A program made the translations under genes and the position numbers. From Macrostomum lignano (taxonomy: Eukaryota): a stretch of 45,362 bases of DNA. Below are positions 37,245 through 45,362 of this stretch, piece after piece. The stretch is taken from the NCBI GenBank assembly GCA_002269645.1, contig NIVC01000650.1:262194-307555 (forward strand), written 5' to 3'. Within the stretch, counting starts at the first letter, position 1, and the number at the start of each line of letters is the position of its first letter. The notes beneath the pieces were generated by a model. It was not told the DNA's origin and did not search any database. It saw nothing but the letters and a program-made list of their open reading frames with translations.

Positions 37245-37875
37245 CACGAAATCTTACCCCCTAGAATTCAATCACGCGAAATCTCACCCCCTAGAATTCA
37301 ATCACGCGAAATCTTACCCCTAGAATTCAATCACGCGAAATCTCACCCCCTAGAATTCAATCACGCGAAATCTCACCCCCTAGAATTCAATCACGCGAAA
37401 TCTTACCCCCTAGAATTAAATCACGCGAAATCTTACCCCCTAGAATTCAATCACGCGAAATCTTACCCCTAGAATTAAATCACGCGAAATCTTACCCCTA
37501 GAATTCAATCACGCGAAATCTTACCCCCTAGAATTCAATCACGCGAAATCTCACCCCTAGACTATATTAAACTGGAAATCTCACCCCTAGACTATGTTAA
37601 ACTGGAAATCTCACCCCTAGACTACACTAAACTGGAAATCTCACACCTAGACTATACAAAACTGGAAACCTCTTACTAAGACAATAAGATACCTGAAATC
37701 TCCCCATTAGACTGTACCAGACCCGAAATCTCACCCTAGACCCCAAAAATCTCAACCCTAGACCCAAAATCTGACCACTAGACCCCGAAATCTCACCCCT
37801 AGACTCTGAAATCTCTCCCGTAAACCCAAAATCTCACCCCTAGACCCCGAAATCAGACCCGAACTCTCACCCTAA
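37245..37875. repeat. Intronic satellite, ~29-30-bp unit CACGCGAAATCTTACCCCCTAGAATTCAAT, degenerating toward the donor
   Basis: Fills LSM14 intron 1. Confidence 0.93.
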
Positions 37876-37893
37876 GAGAATATTTTGACTTAC

Positions 37894-38271
37894 CATGCCA
37901 GGCGAAACAGCAGCAGAAATGACAGGGTCCAAGGGCGGAGGTGGCGGCGGCCCAGCAGGAGCCGCCTGCTGCATGCTCACAATGGCTGGATCAGTATATT
38001 GATCAGGCTGCTGCTCTTCCTGCTCAGCCTGGGGCGGCTCGCACACGTGCAAATCGCTGATATCGCTACCGCGGAACACTATGGACTCGAACACATCGTT
38101 GCTAGGCGGTATGCTGCGCTCCGATGCCCGGTTCTCGGTGCCAAACGAGCGGACTTTAGTCAGCGTTACTGTGCTCTCGTTGGTGTCAATTGAGGATAAG
38201 ACACCCTCGTAGCGAATGCCGGCCTTGGAGACTAGGCTAATCCGACTGCCTAGGTAGGCCTGGTCAGACAT
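37894..38271 (-). CDS. LSM14: LSM14/RAP55/Scd6/Trailer hitch exon 1 (LSm domain)
   Basis: [43 protein letters not shown]...[14 protein letters not shown] is the LSM14 N-terminal domain. Donor ATG|GTAAGT. The spliced protein is 401 aa. Confidence 0.96.
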
Positions 38272-40384
38272 GATACCGGATTATTCTTTATAAATTAATG
38301 AGCAAAGCTGATTTCTAGCAATCAGAAATTTTGATTCAGTTTGTAGTCGTCTAGGTCTGAAACATAATTGTACATTCATGATTAAAATTTTATTAGCTAT
38401 TTAACTAGCAATCTACATCCTATTGGAGAGGCAATAAATATAGTGATAACTTTTTTGAATAACCTAAATGAAGGTTTTGACCTTGTACAATCACTAGGTT
38501 AGTAGTATCTTAAGTAAAAATGTTTAAAGCAAAAAGCAACAGGCCTGAAAGCCAGCTGTCCAGCCTAAGAAATCAGCATCCCTGTGAGCTTTGGCATCAA
38601 AGCCTTCCTTAGAACCATGGCTTAACCCCCACTCTCCCTTTTGATATTTGACCTACCAACAACTTCTAATTGAAACCAGATATCTCTCATTGTGTATTAT
38701 CATTTATTGTTTCTATTTATCATCATATATATACAAAAAAATCTAATATATTTAATATGTATAATATATTGTTTCATTAAATAAATTTCTAATGATTTTT
38801 AGGTTGCTTTGGATGGCATAAAGTTTTCAATAGTCTTAGTCCTATTCCTTCTTATTTTATTTATTAATGCCAACCAAAACTATCAATGACTTATTGTACT
38901 TTTTTTATTGATTTAAACAAAACCATTTACAAAGGCTATCCTAAAAATAGTGTTACTTTTCATTATATCTCTCATTCTGATGATACAAATAATGCATTTT
39001 GCACAAATTTATAATAGCAACTCATTTCTTCATATTAATTTCAATACTTTTAAAAACAGATGATGAAAACTAAAGTTATGAACAAAAATATAGCAGTTTA
39101 ACAATAGATTTATAGTAAGTCAACAAGTTAGCAAAATTTTGAAGTGATAGTTGATAAATGGGTAACTGGTTGCAGTAAATGACTGCACTAGACCCATGAG
39201 CCAATGAGAGTTGTGCATAAATCCTAGATGCATTTTCCAAAGGGTAAAAATCATATTCCTCCGAGCAACACTTGAATGCACATCTATGTTTTCAGCAAAA
39301 AGGGGAACAAAAAGCAATGAAACTAAAGCCCACTGGGAAATGTTCTACTACTTAATAAAATGTTTCTCCAAGTTTTTCTATAGATGTCTCCTGTCTCAGC
39401 ACCTTCATTTGTCTTCACTTCCTAATAAAGAAGTCTATGTACATTTAATCAAAAGTTACTTTTGCTAAATCATTTTACCTTTTTTGAGTATTTTATTTTA
39501 TTCTTTGTGATATTACAAAAGAAACTAGCAAAACTTCAATTTAAACACTTAAAGAAATCTTAGCACTTACAAAAATTCTATTCAAACAAAGTCCATTTCT
39601 ATTACTAAAAAAATTCAATGTAGACTTTCTTTGGCCAAAATTGTTCCCAAGTGATGCACACTAGACATATTTGCTTAAAATATTATTGATATACAATATA
39701 CTAAAATTGACGCTATGATTATGATTATTATTTTATTAAGATAAGAAATAGTAAATTAGTTAAAAAATTATATTTTAACACATGTTCTAGATTCTAGAAT
39801 ATATACTACACTGTGCACATTAGAATTTTTAGGGTGAATTCTAAAACCTTAGCATGCATGGTATATAAATAAAAATATAAAATTGTTAGCATACACAATT
39901 TGGCATTCCAGTATATATACATGGTATATGATAGCATACATGATTGCTTATACATTTTTTTAAAATATAGATCTATATTTTTGTTTATTTTAACTGAATA
40001 AATTATATCAGACCTCTCTTGGCCTTTTATACACTGATTTTCATTACAATCCTACCTAGTCCATTCATATATATGTTATTGATTTGTTTAATGTTGGTGT
40101 GCATCCTATAGTTAGGAAGGTATCTTATATGCTAGAATTTTCTAGTATATGTTAGCCTTTTATATTTTTGGCATGCTGAAATCTTAGAAATTTATTTGTC
40201 TTTGGCATACTAAAATAGTATACAAAGCTATTTGAAAATAGGTTATAGGTACAAGTATCTTCCAGTTACTATAGACCTAATAAAAGATAGAACATTTACA
40301 TTTTATAGAAAAAGATAGTAGTTAAGTCAAGAGATGATGGGAGTATAAAATATATATATATATATATTAATTGAATATGATTGT

Positions 40385-41027
40385 TAGTGTTCCACCATAA
40401 GGAGGGTCCATGTACTGTAGCTGTAGCCATAAGCAAAACTACAGCTTACTCCAATTCTCCGTATTCCATAGCCATAGGGACCCCGAAATTACCATATTCC
40501 TGTAGTTCCCATAGCCATGGCCGTAGTTTTAACAAAAAGTCTAAAAAACAAAATATTTTGAATCAAAAAGATAACCTAGTGCTTAAACAAAAGCAAATTA
40601 AATTAGAAAATATAAGAAACACTTAATTGTCTTTATAAGATTATATTTTGTCTTTTTTAGAGCAACAATACTTAATTGTTATTGAAAACACTAATGCTAA
40701 AGTTTTTCACATTAATAAAAATTGGAGTTTGCTAGTGTTTTATTGTACTTTTTTAGGTATATTTTATAAGTTTCTAGGTTGATAATACAGTTTACTAAAA
40801 GTATCTTTGTTTTACTCTACCTGTTTCTAATATTTTTTTCAATTTTTAACATTAATAACTATGGCTACTGGAATCTACAGAATGTGACAGCAACTACCAC
40901 ATTTCCGTAGTCATAGCCATAAGAGCAGCTAGCTACTGTAGGCATATCCGTAGCTGCCATAGGCACTTATTTTACCATATTTGCCGTAGGATCCCGTAGC
41001 CGTAGCTACGGCTACGGCGGAACACTA
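40385..41027. mobile_element. Non-autonomous hAT-type element (643 bp)
   Basis: TIRs TAGTGTTCC(A/G)CC. 8-bp TSD ATGATTGT at 40377-40384 and 41028-41035. Subterminal GTAGC(C/T)A repeats at both ends. Confidence 0.82.
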
Positions 41028-41380
41028 ATGATTGTGCTATTTAAAAGAATTTAGATTTGATATCATAACCTTTAATAACTACAAATTGTTTCAAAAGGAG
41101 AAATAGATGCAATACTTATTAGCAGTGTTTCTACTTAGCAACCTTCATTTTTTTGCACCAAGCCGTTCATTTTTGCACCATGGATTTTTTTTTGCACCAT
41201 TATCACTTTTACCTTTAAGGCTCTAATATAGTGTGATGCCCCATGGAATATTAATAAAACTCAAATTTATGAAAGATAAAACACTACAACTTGGCAAAAA
41301 ATGAGTCAAAAAATGGCAACAATTACATGGGCAATAGACTATTAATTTCTTTAAATAAATACTGCAATTATAAAACATTA

Positions 41381-41648
41381 CCCTATTGCAGCCAATGGCC
41401 ATTTTCGTGGACGGCGTCCGGCGCGGATTGGCCTGGCGATGGCGCGGCGCGCGGCGGCGGATCGGCGCGTGGTGGCGGCGCGCGGTGGCGTGGCATGTGG
41501 CGGCGGCGCGCGGCGGCGTGGCGAGCCATTGACTGACTAATTGAACCAAATCACTGATCCTGGGGACTGGCCCTGGCGCGGTACAGGTAGATGTCTGGCG
41601 CAGGAAAGGGGGGCGTCCGGCGCGGTTCAGACCTTGGCTGCAATAGGG
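41381..41648. mobile_element. GC-rich MITE (268 bp) with CCC...GGG termini; superfamily uncertain
   Basis: 15-bp perfect TIR CCCTATTGCAGCCAA / TTGGCTGCAATAGGG. 8-bp TSD AAACATTA at 41373-41380 and 41649-41656. GGCGCG-rich core. Confidence 0.85.
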
Positions 41649-43232
41649 AAACATTATAGTTTCTTTCTAACACTTTCTTTCTGCTATTCAATATTCTATT
41701 GGTATATAAAAATTGGTCTATTTTGTTACAAACAACTCCTAACATGAAAAGCATACAAAAAAGCATCAAAAAATGTGGAAAAAGGTTACAATTTAGATGC
41801 AAATTTTCCACATTTTTAGATTTGCGCTAAATCTTATTAATCCTACTTTTGTGCCATAGGGCCTATTGCATGGCATGCATGGCATGAATTTGTACCAGAG
41901 TGGGAAAACTGCTTATTATATTGTAATCTATATTGCGGAAGGTTTTCTGTGTATGCCAGACACATTTTTATTGAATTTTCAATTGTATGCCAACAGATTT
42001 TAAATGTATGCCAACTTAAAAAATGGTAAAAAAAATTAACAAATATTTAAATTTAAATTTAAACTAGGCTTACAAAAATTGATAACGACATGATGATTGT
42101 CGTGACAATTCTAGTAATTAAAATGATTGGTAAATGAGAAAATAGTAGCAGAAAAAAAAGGTTTTTGAAATAACTTAACATAGAAAAAGCACAAAAAATC
42201 TTTATATTAATTTCTACACTAGTTGCCATATACCACACTGTACGCCACACTGTATATAGCCAAGAAATGTACACTGGTGTATGCCATGGAAATCAATTGA
42301 ACGCCAGAATTTTCTAGTTAAAGATATATTCTAAAATGCAATCAGCATGATCTAGAGTCTAGACTAGGCTAGGCCTATGGATTTCAACTTCAAATCAAAA
42401 ATATTAAACTTGCCAAAATGAATTATATCATTTCTCTAAGATTTAAGTCAACTTCTTAAAATCTTCATCCAAAGTAAAAAAAGTATTTATTTTAAATAAG
42501 TGAGCCAAATGACAAGGCCATAAATCATTAATAGCAGGCCCCTAAATGCCATTTTGCTAGGCCTAAGATATCTAATATTAGACCTTGGCTTAGGCTAGGC
42601 CTATCTCCTAGCAAAAAATCGATTGTGGTAAAAATATGAAATAGCTATGTTATATACACAAACACTTTTTTAAAAAAAAACAGTAAGTGGCAATTAAAAT
42701 AGGCCTTACAAATCAAAACAGAAAATTTTAAAACTTCTCATTTTATAGTAAGCCTATGACCTATGGCTATGGTATTGTATTGGTCCTGTGAACGTGAACC
42801 TGTGCTGAAAACTATTCATAAAATTCTATTCATTCTACTTTGGCTACGCCTGGAATTAGAAAAATTAAAATAAATTGGAAATTGGATCGAAATGGAAATG
42901 GAAAAGACATCGAAATTAAATCACGCACCGCTGTATTTCTAAGAACTTAATCTGGTTGAAACAAAAACTTAGAATCATTTGGATGCTTTCGCTACCCGCT
43001 GCTGTTTCTTACCGACAACCCTGATTTTGATGCAAATTGATTATTCTATCAAATAAAGCTTGGTGCACAGTAGACTCAAATGCGATTGTGAAAGCGGTAA
43101 ACTGTTGTTCTAGGACCTAGAGGGTCGTGGCCTCTCATGCCACCCTCTGTACTCTATAGTTTCCCTGTTTGCGGTTCACTGTTAAATTGTTAAATATAAA
43201 TAAATAAACAAATAAATCGTAACTAAATTTTA

Positions 43233-43275
43233 AGAGCCTGACGATTGCCTGACGCGAGGCGAAACATGTCGCATA
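43233..43275 (+). ncRNA. Minimal hammerhead-ribozyme-like motif (Penelope-like-element type), possibly degenerate
   Basis: CTGACGA (43238-44), stem GCCT/AGGC (43247-60) and GAAAC-ATGTC (43261-70) with a palindromic ACATGT. There is a non-canonical 2-nt TT insert and stem I is weak. Confidence 0.35.
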
Positions 43276-44491
43276 GCAAAAAATGATAGCGCTCACGTTC
43301 TTAATTTTGCTTTTTCATCAGACGCGCAACTTTACCACAGTTCCGGTCATCCATTTTCAGAACTGAATGTGCTGCTTAAGTTCACATCCACGCAGCTACA
43401 TTCCTTGTACCTAGCGTCAAATTCTCGCAGTAAGACTCACTGACGCAGTTGTTTCTAACAATAAGCTGACTCGTTTCTGCAATGTGCTTTCAGAAATATA
43501 TATTAATTGAACTTGGAACAAGAGCTATCCATGGGCGTTCGCATGCATTACATGGGCGGTTCGGGATATTCAGCAGAACTCTAATAGGTCGATCAATAAA
43601 TATTCTAACAAATAGCTCATCAGATAAAGGAATAAAAGTATCGATTTTCACAACTTTTCGTCCGCGGATAGAATGCATTGCTAATCTATCTGACAGGTGA
43701 GGGAGTAGAATGCATTGCTAATCTATCTGGCAGGTGAGGGAGTCAGAAATGACAGAAATTTCTCTAACTTATTCCTCGTGATAATTAAAAACGTAGCAAA
43801 GAACATGATAGAAAGAGGACGCCAATTGCAGCAGTAGTGATCGAAATTCGATCATGATCTAGTTAAAGCTATGGTGGTGCCAACTACAGATACATATAAT
43901 ATACATGAAGATCTAGCTAATATACTCGCACGTTGCACAAGTATTAATGTAGTACAGTCCTGCTGGTATTATGTATCAAGAACCATCAACGAGCCATTAC
44001 ATGTACGTACATTAGTTCAATATACGAGCATTTATATATTCTAAAAATCAGAATGGCACCCAGTTTGAATGACAGATTTCGGCCATTTTTTACAAGCTCT
44101 TTATTTATCTGCATGTACGTTTACCTGCAGCCTGCAGGCAGATAACACAGTTCTGCTCAAGCCCGACTGCACTCCCACATGTAAGCAGGCTACTAGAGTG
44201 CAATACACACAACAGTTACGCGTAAAAACAGAGCCAAGTATTGAGTTCCTCACCGCCTTGCGTACAGTGTACTCGTAGATACATGCAATTAAGCCACGCC
44301 AACAAAATGATAATGAATGCAGTCAAAAAATGTCTGACACTCAAACAGTACAACTCTGATAAGAGATTTCCTTAAAAAATGCATGGATCGAGCCCTTGCA
44401 TTTGTAAAAGCATGATTCAAAGACAGTCAAAAAAACAGAACTACATGTAAGTCCAAAGCCGAAAACAACTTACTAGCAAAAAGTAACTGCA

Positions 44492-45362
44492 ATGGCATTT
44501 GCATGCAGAAAACTGCCTGAGCCGATCAAACGACACTGGCGAGTCCTGCCGCTGCTGCTGGCGCCGGTGCTGCTGTCGCCACTGCTGACGATGGGCTCCG
44601 AGAAGGCCCGCTGCGCTACCTGCTGCTGCTGATGGCCACCTACTGGGTGCTGGAGCTGCTGCCGCTGAGCCTCACCGCCGTGCTGCCCTTCTTCCTCGGT
44701 CCGCTGCTGCGCATCGGCACCTGTCATGAGCTCGCCAAGTCCTACTTCACCGACATCCACTTCCTCATGATTGGCGGCGTCATGCTGTCCGTGGCCATGG
44801 AGGACACAGGACTCAGCCGTCGGTTCGCCCTTCGAACTGTGGCGCTGCTGGGAACGCGGCCGCGCTGGCTGCTGCTCGGCTTCATGCTGCCCTCCTGGCT
44901 CATGTCCATGTGGATGAGCAACACCGGCACCACCATCCTCATGTTACCCTTCGTGATGGCGGCAATCGCCGAGACGGAGAAGGCTACCGAGCAGCTGCAG
45001 GACGCCCCTGATCGAGAGTCGCTCGCGCTCGACCAGCGAGAAAAGCACCCTACAGCGACTGACTGCGAAGGCGCCGCTGCAGAGCCTCCGCCGCCGTGCG
45101 AGGACGGCCTGGACTCCAACACTGTCGGCAAGACGCGTCACAAAACACACACTCGAAGCCACGCAGTCTGCTACTGTCTCTCCGTGGCCTACGCCTGCAA
45201 CGTAGGCGGAGTGGCCACTCTGATCGGCACCGGAACCAACCCTCGTGCTCGTCGCAACTCCAGCAGATCTAAGCGTCAATCGGTCACCTTCTCAACTGGA
45301 TGGGCCTTTAGCTTGCCGTTGTCGCTGTTCAGCCTGTTGTTCATCTGGTTGCTGCTCCAGCT
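44492..45362 (+). CDS. SLC13: SLC13 family Na+/dicarboxylate-citrate-sulfate cotransporter (INDY-like), 3'-partial, with indels
   Basis: ATG at 44492. After a 1-bp frameshift at ~44616 the frame reads YLLLLMATYWVLELLPLSLTAVLP...GGVMLSVAMEDTGLSRRFALR...GTRPRWLLLGFM...SMWMSNTGTT...AYACNVGGVATLIGTGTN, which are the hallmark SLC13 SNT and GTGxN motifs. It runs off the window end. Confidence 0.92.

Noticed and set aside
43669-43742. 37-bp direct duplication upstream of SLC13
   Set aside because: A simple two-copy slippage duplication with no further structure.
44473-45279. Minus-strand ORFs over SLC13
   Set aside because: Antisense shadows of GC-rich coding sequence. The plus frame carries the SLC13 motifs and was missed by the ORF track because it lacks a stop before the window end.

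Overview
Eukaryotic (metazoan) genomic DNA. GC-rich exons with (CTG/CAG)n runs and minisatellite-filled introns suggest a Macrostomum-like flatworm; this is inference only. Indel noise at both ends suggests the window is a whole long-read contig. From left to right it contains: (1) the 3' part of a very large type I membrane mucin, with ~25 near-identical 204-bp/68-aa Ser/Thr/Glu repeats, a TM exon, and a candidate NPxY-bearing last exon that sits inside a 156-bp inverted repeat; (2) an ~850-bp insertion with a 13-bp TSD; (3) a 3-exon SH3-domain gene (minus strand) whose last exon has two plausible reading frames; (4) a repeat-rich block with satellites, a tRNA-derived SINE, a hAT-type MITE and a ~2.3-kb tandem duplication carrying an orphan exon; (5) DMAC2/ATP5SL (3 exons, minus); (6) LSM14/RAP55 (3 exons, minus), whose intron-2 satellite is a copy of its own splice-acceptor junction; (7) an AT-rich intergenic region with two more 8-bp-TSD TIR elements and a hammerhead-like motif; (8) the 5' part of an SLC13 Na+/carboxylate-sulfate cotransporter with indels. 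I found no CRISPR array, rRNA or intact autonomous transposase/RT ORF. Coordinates were read by eye and may be off by a few bases at repeat edges.
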